From assembly GCA_035553595.1 (NCBI GenBank), contig DATMKA010000051.1:1-44666 (forward strand): a stretch of 44,666 nt of DNA, read 5' to 3'. The number at the start of each line of letters is the position of its first letter. Position 1 is the stretch's first letter. Below are positions 16,020-24,191 of this stretch, piece after piece. Source of the stretch: Thermoplasmatota archaeon. GTDB taxonomy: Archaea > Thermoplasmatota > SW-10-69-26 > JACQPN01 > JAJPHT01. The notes under the pieces are model-generated. The model ran no database searches and was not told the origin of the DNA. It worked only from the letters and a program-made list of their open reading frames with translations. Made by a program: the position numbers and the translations under genes.

Positions 16020-17186
16020 TCAGGCGGCCCTTTCGGCGAGGAGGCCCTCGTAGACGCCGCGCACTTCCTTCGCGATGCCGAGCCAGTCGAAGCGCTCGAC
16101 GGCGAGGCGGCGGGCCTGGCGGCCCATCTGGCGCAGGCTCGCGGGGTCGGCGAGGAGGGAGTTGAGGGCGGCGGCCACGGCCTTCGCGTCCCCGGGGGGC
16201 GCGAGGTGGCCGGTGCGGCCCTCCTGCACGACTTCGGGGATGCTGCCGACGCGGGAGGCCACCACGGGGATGCCGGCGGCGTGGAACTCGAGGAGCACGT
16301 TGGGGAAGCAAGCGGTGCCCACGGGGCTCATGGCGGGCACGACGCCCACGTCCACGGCCTTGAGGAAGGTGGGAACGTGGAGGTTGCCGAGGAAGGTGAC
16401 GCGGTCGGTGAGGCCGCCCTTCGCGAGCTGGTCGTGGATGGCTTCGCCCTCCTTCCCGTACCCGGTGTGGGCGATCACGAAGTGGGCCTCGGGGTTGGCC
16501 GCCGCCACCTCGGGCATGGCGGAGACGAGGGTGCGCACGCCCTTCCAGGGGGTGAGGTGGCCGAAGTAGGCCACCACGGTCTTTTCCTGGGGGATGCCGA
16601 GGGAGTCGCGGGCGTCGCGCTTCTCCTGCTCGTCGGCGGGCGGGCGGTACTCGTCGAGGGCGACCCCGTTGGGGATGACGTGGATGGGGCGCGTGTACCC
16701 GGCCTTGCGCAGCTGCTGCTCCTGGTAGCGGCTCGACACGATGAGGGCGTCGAAGCCCGCGACACCGGCGCGGAGGGTGAGCCCCGAGTTGAACACGCGG
16801 TGGTAAGCGAGCTCCACGGGGGAGGGCGGGATTGCCGTTTCGCTCTTCACGAAGATGGGGTTCCACAGGTGGCCCACGAGGGGCTTCGTCTTGCGCGCGG
16901 CGAGGCGCGCGACGCTCCCCCACACGCCCATGAGGGGAATGGCCACGTGGTAGTGGACGACGTCCACCGTGGGGTCCTTGAGGCTCTCGCGGAGGCAGCG
17001 GGCGGCGGCGGCGCCCTTCGTGATGTAGTGGAGCTTGCTGTTGAGCTCCTCCACGCGCACGGTGGGGGTGCGGAGGACGCCGTCCACGCCGGCTTCCCGG
17101 AGGTTTTCCTTGAGGTAGTGGACGTTCTTGCTGATGCCTTCGTTGAGGGCGCTGACGTAGGTTGCGTGGGTGAAGCTGGCCTTCAA
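16020..17186 (-). CDS. Glycosyltransferase family 4 (GT-B, Glycos_transf_1)
   Basis: C-terminal EFHAAGIPVVASRVGSIPEVVQEGRTGHL is a GT4 signature. TTG start at 17186 is preceded by GGAGGTG and overlaps the upstream stop as TTGA. Confidence 0.85.
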   Translation of the reverse strand: MKASFTHATYVSALNEGISKNVHYLKENLREAGVDGVLRTPTVRVEELNSKLHYITKGAAAARCLRESLKDPTVDVVHYHVAIPLMGVWGSVARLAARKTKPLVGHLWNPIFVKSETAIPPSPVELAYHRVFNSGLTLRAGVAGFDALIVSSRYQEQQLRKAGYTRPIHVIPNGVALDEYRPPADEQEKRDARDSLGIPQEKTVVAYFGHLTPWKGVRTLVSAMPEVAAANPEAHFVIAHTGYGKEGEAIHDQLAKGGLTDRVTFLGNLHVPTFLKAVDVGVVPAMSPVGTACFPNVLLEFHAAGIPVVASRVGSIPEVVQEGRTGHLAPPGDAKAVAAALNSLLADPASLRQMGRQARRLAVERFDWLGIAKEVRGVYEGLLAERAA

Positions 17187-18244
17187 GGAGCCACCTCCTG
17201 GGGCTGGGAAGCAGGAGCGGGAGCGGTGGGGGTTTCGTGGGCGACGTCGCGCTCCTCCTTGAGGCGCGTGAAGTCGATCCCGAGGTGCACGAGGGCGGCC
17301 GCGCCGAGGAGGGCCACGATGACGCTCGTGCCGAGGTGGGTGAGGATGGCCACGGGGGCCACCTGCTCGGCGGTGAAGCCGAGGGCCACGTAGATGGCGG
17401 CGAAGGCCACCTCGTAGGTGCCCACGTTGCCGGGCGTGACGGGGAGGCCGAAGCTGAGGAGGAAGAAGGGCACGCCCGCGGCCACGGCGGCCACGTCGGG
17501 GGTGGGGAGGAAGGCGAGGAACAGGCACACGAAGACGCCCGCCTGGAGCACGCTCATGAGGAGCGTGAGAGGCGCCACCTGGGCCGCCGCCTTGGGACTC
17601 CGCACGAGGCCCTCGGCGCCGAGGATGCAGCTCTCCGCGAAGCGCACGAGCTTCCCCTGGACCTTCCCGGGGAGGAAGGAGAGGACCTTCTCGGTGAAGC
17701 GGAGGAAGCCCTGCTTCCACGTCACGGCTACCCACAGGACGAGGATGGCGGCGACGGGAATCACCCAGGCGAGGTTGAGGGCCGTCGCGAACCAGGAGGG
17801 GAGGCCGCGCTCGGGGATGAGCATGAGGCCCGCGGCGGCGAGGACGGCGATGCCGAGGAGGTCGAGGATGCGCTCCACGGCCACCGTCGCGAAGACGCTC
17901 GTGAAGGTGACGCGGTGGCGCTTCGCGAGGACGGCGGCGCGGGTCACGTCGCCCGCCTTGAGGATGGTGAAGCTGTTCACGAGCCAGCCCGCGGCGGTGA
18001 GGCCCGTGGCTTCCTTCACCGTTACCTCACGCTTCACGGGACGCAAGAGGATGCGCCAGCGGATGCCGCGCACGAGGAAGAAGAGGGCGTAGGCCGCGAG
18101 GGCGGCGAGGAGGTAGCGGCCGTCGGCGCGCCGCAGGGCGTCGTAAACGGCGCCCCATCCCACATAGGTGATGAGCCCGGCAAGGAGGGCGAGCCCGAGG
18201 AGGCTCGTGCCGATGATCTGCAGGCGGCCGCGGGGGCGGGACAT
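17183..18244 (-). CDS. Flippase-like membrane protein (UPF0104 / lysyl-PG synthase TM-region family)
   Basis: About 8 TM segments. RGIRWRILL and LVNSFTILKAGDVTRA are typical of the family. Translationally coupled to the GT4 gene. Confidence 0.75.
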   Translation of the reverse strand: MSRPRGRLQIIGTSLLGLALLAGLITYVGWGAVYDALRRADGRYLLAALAAYALFFLVRGIRWRILLRPVKREVTVKEATGLTAAGWLVNSFTILKAGDVTRAAVLAKRHRVTFTSVFATVAVERILDLLGIAVLAAAGLMLIPERGLPSWFATALNLAWVIPVAAILVLWVAVTWKQGFLRFTEKVLSFLPGKVQGKLVRFAESCILGAEGLVRSPKAAAQVAPLTLLMSVLQAGVFVCLFLAFLPTPDVAAVAAGVPFFLLSFGLPVTPGNVGTYEVAFAAIYVALGFTAEQVAPVAILTHLGTSVIVALLGAAALVHLGIDFTRLKEERDVAHETPTAPAPASQPQEVAP

Positions 18245-18386
18245 GGGCCGCGGCTCCAATCGGGGCCCAAAAGGGATTCTGGTACAACGGTGGGGGAGCC
18301 CCCAAGCGGGGTCGGAGACCCTTCTACCCCTGTACCAAGAGCATCAAGCGGGGCGCCCGGGGAAGGCGGGGGAGCAGGGTCATTCC

Positions 18387-19193
18387 ATGGCGCGAAACCT
18401 CCAACTCGTCTCCGTGGTCGTGCCCACGTACAATGAGCGCGACAACCTCCCGGCGCTCGTGGCGGGCATCGACAAGCACATCACGACGGACTACGAGATC
18501 ATCGTCGTGGACGACGGCAGCCCCGACGGCACCGCCGACGTGGCCCGCGAGCTTGCCACCGAGTACCCCGTCCGTCTCCTCAGCCGCGGCGCGAAGCTCG
18601 GCCTCGGCAGCGCCTACCGCGCCGGGTTCCGTCTTGCTCGCGGCGACGCCGTCCTCGAGATGGATGCCGACCTCAGCCACGATCCCCGCCACATCCCGGG
18701 CCTCCTCGAGGCCGTGGAGCGGGGCGCGAGCATGGCCGTGGGCAGCCGCTACGTGCACGGCGGCGCCATCCGCAACTGGGGCCCCTACCGCAAGGTCGTG
18801 AGCGGTGTGGGCAACGGGCTGGCGCGCACCATCCTCGGCCTCGGCAGCAAGGACTGCACGAGCGGCTTCCGCTGCTACGCCGCCGACTGGAAGCACCTCG
18901 TCACGAGCACGAAGAGCGACGGGTACGCCTTCCAGGTGGAGGTGCTCTACCTCGCGAAGAAGTGGGGCGCCACGGTGGCCGAAGTGCCCATCATTTTCGA
19001 GAACCGCACCGTCGGGAAGAGCAAGCTCGGCGCGAGCGAGTTCGGCAAGTTCCTCGCCACCCTCGGGCGCCTGCGCGTCTCGAGCATGCCCGCCATGCCG
19101 CCCGCGCTCCCTACGGGCCCGACGGCCACGCTGGAGGCCGGCGTGGAAGCGCCGGCGGCTCAATCTCAGGAAGCCTCCGCTCCGTCCCAGTAG
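18387..19193 (+). CDS. GT2 polyprenol/dolichol-phosphate mannosyl (or glucosyl) transferase, Dpm1-like
   Basis: VSVVVPTYNERDNL, IIVVDDGSPDGT, EMDADLSHDP and SGFRCY motifs. Confidence 0.85.
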   Translation: MARNLQLVSVVVPTYNERDNLPALVAGIDKHITTDYEIIVVDDGSPDGTADVARELATEYPVRLLSRGAKLGLGSAYRAGFRLARGDAVLEMDADLSHDPRHIPGLLEAVERGASMAVGSRYVHGGAIRNWGPYRKVVSGVGNGLARTILGLGSKDCTSGFRCYAADWKHLVTSTKSDGYAFQVEVLYLAKKWGATVAEVPIIFENRTVGKSKLGASEFGKFLATLGRLRVSSMPAMPPALPTGPTATLEAGVEAPAAQSQEASAPSQ

Positions 19194-19416
19194 CTGCCTC
19201 CTCGGGCGCGGCGGGCTTGCGGGAGGCGCCGCGGCCGCCGCGCCAGCGCTCGTAATCGCACCGCAGGTTCCCGCCGCGGTCGAAGCGTGAGCAGTCGAGG
19301 CTCGCGCAGCACTCCCAGTGCACTTCCCCGAAGCGGGGGCAGCGTTTGCCGCGCGCCTCCTTCAGGGGATTTTTCTGCGCCCGGGCGTACCCGCCGCAGG
19401 CGCCGCACGTGCCCAT
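19111..19416 (-). CDS. Cys-rich hypothetical protein (CGAC...CP...HWECC...C...C); the low-complexity tail overlaps the convergent GT2 gene
   Basis: ATG at 19416, 11 nt after the stop of the preceding mini-ORF. Seven Cys in the first 55 residues. No family recognised. Confidence 0.35.
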   Translation of the reverse strand: MGTCGACGGYARAQKNPLKEARGKRCPRFGEVHWECCASLDCSRFDRGGNLRCDYERWRGGRGASRKPAAPEEAATGTERRLPEIEPPALPRRPPAWPSGP

Positions 19417-19426
19417 GGGCACCGCC

Positions 19427-19528
19427 TCAGGCGCACGCGCTGAAGCCGCACACGCGGCAGAGGAGACAACCTTCGGTGGGGAGGATGCGGCCCGAGCAGT
19501 CGGGGCAAGTCGTTAGACGAGCGGCCAT
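19427..19528 (-). CDS. 33-aa zinc-ribbon mini-protein (MAARLTTCPDCSGRILPTEGCLLCRVCGFSACA), absent from the ORF track
   Basis: CPDC...CRVC knuckles. ATG at 19528 lies about 25 nt after a weak TATA (GCAAATAG). Confidence 0.4.
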   Translation of the reverse strand: MAARLTTCPDCSGRILPTEGCLLCRVCGFSACA

Positions 19529-19596
19529 GGGACTCCCTCACCCCTCAGCGCTATTTGCCCGTACAAGCGGGGGTGGAGTGAAAGTACCGCGGGGAA

Positions 19597-19683
19597 CGCT
19601 CACGCTAACGCTCCCGCTCACGGCCACCGTTCAACGTCTCACGTTAGCGTGAACGGGAGCGTGAACGGGAGCGTGAACGGGTG
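19597..19683. repeat. Head-to-head arrays of a 12-mer (GCGTGAACGGGA x3 direct at 19647-19682; two degenerate inverted copies at 19599-19622)
   Basis: Read directly. Hexamer periodicity alternates CGTGAR with CGGGAG or CGTTAG on both arms. Confidence 0.8.
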
Positions 19684-19729
19684 TGGGAGAAGCAGGGCCG
19701 CTCCTGGGGCTGGAAAACCGAGGCGACCG

Positions 19730-19817
19730 CTTCGCTGCATCGCTGCATCGCTGCATCGCGTCTCATACACTCCTGGCCTTGCGGGACGCGATGCAGCGAA
19801 GCAGCGATGCAGCGATG
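19730..19817. repeat. 31-bp inverted repeat built from (GCTGCATC)x3, 26-nt spacer, just downstream of the BNR lipoprotein gene
   Basis: Arm 19730-19760 against the reverse complement of 19787-19817 matches at 29 of 31 positions. The octamer is directly repeated at 19734-19757. Confidence 0.8.
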
Positions 19818-19831
19818 ACGGCAGGAAACGC

Positions 19832-21379
19832 TTACTTACGCAGCAGAGCGGGGAGACCCGTGCCGTGCTCGTGGCCCTTCACGACGCCGTGGATGGGCGG
19901 GAGGGAGTCCTGGCCGGCGAAGAGGCCGGGGCCCTGGACGAGCGTGGCGACGAAGCCGGCGCGGCTGCGGGAGTCCTCGGGCTTGCGGGTCTCGAGGCAC
20001 TTCTCGAGGCAGGCGTCCACCATGGGGGCCCAGACGCGGCCGTCGTGGTCCACCTGGATGTCGATGAAGTCGTAGCTGCCGGGGCAGCGGCCGGGACCGC
20101 AGCGGCCCACCACGAGGGGGTCCTCGAGGGGGTTCACGCGCACCGTGGTGGAGGGGCTCGTGGGGTTGAGGGCGTCCGTGAGGATCTGGATGTAGCCGTG
20201 CCATTCGCTCGCGGCGACGGCCTCGTCGCTCGCGGTGTAGCCGCCCGTGAGGTTGGTGCCGAGGTAGGCCACGGCGAGGCGGCCCTCGGCACCCGCCACG
20301 GCGGCGGGGAGGTGGCCCACGGTGAGGCCGGGCGGGAGGATGTTGCGGGCCTCGCTCCACGTTGCGCCATGGTCGGTGCTCGTCACGAGGTAGAGGCCGC
20401 CTTCGAGGCCCTGGAACAGGTAGTACAGGTTGCCGGCCTCGTCCACCGTCACGACGGTGTCGTCGGGGATGGTGGGGATGTCGCTCACCTTCACGCGCGT
20501 CCAGGTGAGGCCGTCGTCCTCGGTGATGAACAGGATGGCGTCGTTGCATTCGGCGCGGGGGAGGAAGACGCGGCCCTCGCGGTCGGCCTTGAGGTGGCCG
20601 TGGAGGCCGCTGCAGACGCCGTCGAAGGTCTCGGGGTTGAACTCGTCGGCGTGCACGCCCTGGCTCCCGGTGGGGCCCGTCATCTGGAAGGTGCGGCCGC
20701 CGTCCATGCTGCGCTCGCAGGTGCTCGTCGCGATCTGGTTGTAGCACACGTACACGAAGTTCGGGTACACCGGGTTCGCGGGGAGGACGCGGGGCTTCGC
20801 GGTCACAATCGTCTGGTGGTCCGCGGGCGGGGACTGGCACGCGTAGGGGTTGGGCGTCCACGTCGCGCCGGCATCGTCGGAGGTGCTGAGGTAGTAGCAG
20901 ACGACGCCAATCTGGTCGATGTTGAAGAGGCGGCCCGTGTCGGGGTCGGCGTAGATGTAGGGGTCGCCCGTGACGGGCGGGCTCTGGACGGCGCCGCCCG
21001 GCAGGCGGGGGGAGACGTCCTCCCACGTGAGGCCACCGTCGAGGGAGCGCAGGATGTCCGTGCGCGGGAAGGGGTAGGGCGCGTTGTCGAAGGTGGCGGC
21101 GGCGTAGAACATGGAGTGGTCCGCGAGGATGGCGAGGGTGGGCTCCGCCGCGTCGTGGCCGATGTAGAAGCTCACGGCCGACACGTTCGTGGCGTTGAGG
21201 CCGCTGAGGTTGTCCCCCACCGTGTGCAGGAGCGCCTGAACGGCGTCCATGCCGAGGCCCTTCGGCGCGTCGGGGAGCGCGTTGGGGTCGGCGCCCTCCT
21301 CGAGGGGCGTGACGCAGCCGGCGGCAAGAAGCGCGCCGACCACGGACAGGGTGGCGAGGAGGCGGGGAGGGGAGCGCAT
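19832..21379 (-). CDS. Secreted lipoprotein with BNR/Asp-box repeats (sialidase-like beta-propeller)
   Basis: Lipobox LLAAGC, plus five Asp-boxes (SLDGGLTW, STSDDAGATW, SMDGGRTF, TEDDGLTW, STDHGATW). Confidence 0.8.
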   Translation of the reverse strand: MRSPPRLLATLSVVGALLAAGCVTPLEEGADPNALPDAPKGLGMDAVQALLHTVGDNLSGLNATNVSAVSFYIGHDAAEPTLAILADHSMFYAAATFDNAPYPFPRTDILRSLDGGLTWEDVSPRLPGGAVQSPPVTGDPYIYADPDTGRLFNIDQIGVVCYYLSTSDDAGATWTPNPYACQSPPADHQTIVTAKPRVLPANPVYPNFVYVCYNQIATSTCERSMDGGRTFQMTGPTGSQGVHADEFNPETFDGVCSGLHGHLKADREGRVFLPRAECNDAILFITEDDGLTWTRVKVSDIPTIPDDTVVTVDEAGNLYYLFQGLEGGLYLVTSTDHGATWSEARNILPPGLTVGHLPAAVAGAEGRLAVAYLGTNLTGGYTASDEAVAASEWHGYIQILTDALNPTSPSTTVRVNPLEDPLVVGRCGPGRCPGSYDFIDIQVDHDGRVWAPMVDACLEKCLETRKPEDSRSRAGFVATLVQGPGLFAGQDSLPPIHGVVKGHEHGTGLPALLRK

Positions 21380-21515
21380 GGGCACGGCTCAGCCGGAAGG
21401 GGCTATTAAGGATTCTTGCGCCCGCGCTTCTGCTTCCCTGACACGTTCGGGAACCGGGGCCCGGAATGATCAGAATCGGCCAATCCTTTTATGTCAGGAG
21501 GGCTTCCCCGGCGTC

Positions 21516-21956
21516 ATGTCCAACCCCATCGCGAAGGGCGACACCGTTTACCTGCGCTACACCGGCACCCTCGACAATGGGGAGATTTTCGACTCGAACG
21601 CCGAGGAGGGCGCGCAGCCCCTCGTGTTCAAGGCCGGCACCGGCCAGGTCATCCCGGGCTTCGACAACGCCGTCATGGGCATGGCGAAGGGCGAATCCAA
21701 GAAGTTCCGCATCGAGGCCAAGGACGCCTACGGCGAGCGCGACCCCAAGCTCATCCAGAAGGCTCCCCTGGAGGCCTTCGGTGAGACGAAGCCCTACGTG
21801 GGGATGCACGTGGACCTCGAGGACGAGCGCGGCAACGTGTTCCACGCCGATGTCGTGGCCGTGGACGCCGAGAGCGTGACCCTCGACATGAACCCGCACC
21901 TTGCGGGCGAGGCCCTCACCTTCGACATCACCATCCTCGACGTCAAGAAGGCGTGA
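21516..21956 (+). CDS. FKBP-type peptidyl-prolyl isomerase, SlyD-like with IF insert
   Basis: YTGTLDNGEIFDSN, VIPGFDNAVMGMAKGE and NPHLAGEALTFDITILDV motifs. Confidence 0.85.
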   Translation: MSNPIAKGDTVYLRYTGTLDNGEIFDSNAEEGAQPLVFKAGTGQVIPGFDNAVMGMAKGESKKFRIEAKDAYGERDPKLIQKAPLEAFGETKPYVGMHVDLEDERGNVFHADVVAVDAESVTLDMNPHLAGEALTFDITILDVKKA

Positions 21957-22006
21957 GCCCGACTGGGCCCCCGGGGCCCAGCCGTTCGTGTTCTCATTTT
22001 TCGTGC

Positions 22007-22318
22007 TTAATCGAAGAGGTCCGCCAGGAACCCTTCCCGCTTCTTCCGCTTCGGGTTCCCGTACTTGTCGTACTGGACGTCGTCCCGGTAGGCTTGCGGG
22101 GGGCGGCCCTGGTGGGCAGGCGCTTGCGGGGCGGCCGGCGCGGTGCGCGACCCCTCGATGGAACGATCAATGATCTTGTCGAGCTCCCCGCGGTCGAGCC
22201 AGACGCCCCGACACTGGGGGCAGTAGTCGATCTCGATGCCTTGGCGCTCGCTCATCACGAGCGTTTCGTTGCAGCTCGGGCACTTCATCCAGACACCAGG
22301 CTCCGCGACGGGACTCAT
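22007..22318 (-). CDS. zf-TFIIB-type zinc-ribbon protein
   Basis: MKCPSCNETLVMSERQGIEIDYCPQCRGVWLDRGELDKII with a C-terminal KRKKREGFLADLFD is the typical family pattern. Confidence 0.75.
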   Translation of the reverse strand: MSPVAEPGVWMKCPSCNETLVMSERQGIEIDYCPQCRGVWLDRGELDKIIDRSIEGSRTAPAAPQAPAHQGRPPQAYRDDVQYDKYGNPKRKKREGFLADLFD

Positions 22319-22407
22319 GTTTGATAAGGGTTCGGTCTGGGAAGCAACGGGCCGGGGGCGCGCCATCAGGTATTAGTACCTCCACGGGCTCCCCGCTAGG
22401 GATCCGT

Positions 22408-22869
22408 ATGGTTCCCGCCTCGCCCTCCGCCACTCACGCCGTCCAGAACGGCGACATCGTCAGCATCCTCTACACCGGCACCCTCGACGACGGCGAGGTC
22501 TTCGACACGAACCGCGAGGAGGGCGGCGAGCTGCTGCAGTTCGAGGTGGGCGCGGGCGAGGTCATTCCCGGTTTCGATGCCGCGGTCGTCGGCATGAAGA
22601 AGGGCGAGAGCAAGAAGTTCCGCCTTGAGGCCAAGGACGCCTACGGCGAGTTCGACGACGAGCTCGTGCAGAAGGTGCCCCGCGAGGAGTTCGGCGAGCA
22701 CGCGGTGGAGCCCGAGATGGTGGTCGACCTCGAGGACGAGGACGGCAACACCTTCACCGCCACCATCCTCGAGGTGGACGAGGAGGGCGTGACGCTCGAC
22801 CTCAACCACGAGCTCGCGGGCGAGGCCCTCACCTTCGAGATCACGCTCGTGGACGTTCGCAAGGCCTAA
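22408..22869 (+). CDS. Second SlyD-like FKBP peptidyl-prolyl isomerase (paralogue of 21516-21956)
   Basis: Same motif set (YTGTLDDGEVFDTN, VIPGFDAAVVGMKKGE, NHELAGEALTFEITLVDV). Confidence 0.85.
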   Translation: MVPASPSATHAVQNGDIVSILYTGTLDDGEVFDTNREEGGELLQFEVGAGEVIPGFDAAVVGMKKGESKKFRLEAKDAYGEFDDELVQKVPREEFGEHAVEPEMVVDLEDEDGNTFTATILEVDEEGVTLDLNHELAGEALTFEITLVDVRKA

Positions 22870-22885
22870 CGCGACCAGGGCCCGA

Positions 22886-23383
22886 TCAGGCGGGCCCGCC
22901 CCCTTTTTCCGCGAGCGCCTCAAGCGCCGCCTCATCGTAACGGAAGAAGTACCAGTCCCGCAGCTCCTTCGCGCCTGTGCGCTCGTAGAAGCGCCGCGCG
23001 CGGTCGTTCCACGTGAGCACGATGCCCTCGAGGCGGCCCCAGCCGCGGTCGAGCGCGAGCTGCGCGAGGGTGCCCATCATGCGCTCCGCGAGACCGCTCC
23101 CCCGGTGGCCCGGGGAGAGGTACAGATCCTCCAGGTACAGGGTGGGTTTCGCGAGGAAGCTGCTGTAGGTGCGGAGCACGATGGCGTAAGCCACCACCTC
23201 GCGGCCGGCCAGGGCGACGAGCAGCTCGTACTTCGGGTCCTTGCCGAAGGCGTCCTCCAGGAGCCGCCGCTCCGCCTCGGGGGAGGGCGGGTCGAGCTTC
23301 TCGAACTCGGCGAGCTCGCGGACGAGGCGGAGATAACCGGGGCCGTCCTCGGGACGCGCGAACCGGATCGCGGGCGGGGACAT
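22886..23383 (-). CDS. GNAT N-acetyltransferase (diamine/spermidine acetyltransferase-like)
   Basis: LEDLYLSPGHRGSGLAERMM is the acetyl-CoA motif A. FYERTGA lies near the C-terminus. Confidence 0.8.
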   Translation of the reverse strand: MSPPAIRFARPEDGPGYLRLVRELAEFEKLDPPSPEAERRLLEDAFGKDPKYELLVALAGREVVAYAIVLRTYSSFLAKPTLYLEDLYLSPGHRGSGLAERMMGTLAQLALDRGWGRLEGIVLTWNDRARRFYERTGAKELRDWYFFRYDEAALEALAEKGGGPA

Positions 23384-23484
23384 GGCCCCGGCAGGGGGCC
23401 CACCCGGCTTAACCCCACCCCTGGCTCCCGCAGGCGGAGTGAACAGGTCAACTACATGGCTGCTTGGGTGTCGGCTGAACAACG

Positions 23485-23492
23485 TTTTAATA
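23485..23492 (+). promoter_or_regulatory. TATA box (TTTTAATA) for the lipoprotein gene
   Basis: 30 nt upstream of the ATG at 23522. It overlaps the earlier in-frame ATG at 23492, which argues against that start. Confidence 0.4.
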
Positions 23493-23521
23493 TGTCGATG
23501 CTGCTTGACGCGCGATACCCT

Positions 23522-24100
23522 ATGCGGGGCCACCGCCTGGTTCTCCTTCTCACCATCGCTTTCCTTGCTGTTCCCTTGACAGGCTGCTTCGGTGACGAAG
23601 AGCAGCCTCCCGCGGACCCTGGCACGGGCGGCAACACCACCGATCCGGGCACCGGCGGCAACACCACGGACCCTGGCACGGGCGGCAACACCACCAACCC
23701 CGGCATCCCAACCACGCCCGCGAAGCCCGCGCCGGTGAACGAGACGCTCACCCTCTCGGTGCCCTCGCCCGGCCCAGGCGCCACCGGTGGCACGGCCACG
23801 GCCACCACCACGAGCGCCATCGCCCCCGGCTTCGCGACCTGCAAGCTGACGTTCACTACGAACGACGCCATGGCCCCCGTCCAGAGCGTGGATTTCGCCG
23901 TCACCGACAGCGCCGGCACCGCCATCGCGACCGCGACTGTGACGGGCACGGCCCCCGGCGGCCCTGGGGTTCCTGCAAGCAGTGCCACTGTCGAGAGTTG
24001 CACTGCTCCCGCTGCCACCGGCCCCTGGACCATCACGGCCACAGGCAAGCAGCAGGTCCAAGGCCTGAACTTCAACATTCAGGTCGAGATTTTGTATTAA
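23522..24100 (+). CDS. Secreted lipoprotein with three DPGTGGNTT repeats (N-glycosylation sequons) and a Thr/Ala-rich region
   Basis: Signal peptide plus lipobox (LTGC). Perfect tandem 9-aa repeats. Several N-x-T sequons. Confidence 0.7.
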   Translation: MRGHRLVLLLTIAFLAVPLTGCFGDEEQPPADPGTGGNTTDPGTGGNTTDPGTGGNTTNPGIPTTPAKPAPVNETLTLSVPSPGPGATGGTATATTTSAIAPGFATCKLTFTTNDAMAPVQSVDFAVTDSAGTAIATATVTGTAPGGPGVPASSATVESCTAPAATGPWTITATGKQQVQGLNFNIQVEILY

Positions 24101-24119
24101 GAAAAAGCGCGAAAATGAG

Positions 24120-24153
24120 CGAGATCTGAGGCGGTGATCTGCCTCAGATCTCG
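24120..24153. terminator. Perfect 13-bp hairpin (CGAGATCTGAGGC / GCCTCAGATCTCG, 8-nt loop) between convergent genes
   Basis: Exact reverse-complement arms at 24120-24132 and 24141-24153. Confidence 0.5.
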
Positions 24154-24191
24154 TTCCAAACGACAGATTTCATCGTGGGCACGCGGCCGCT

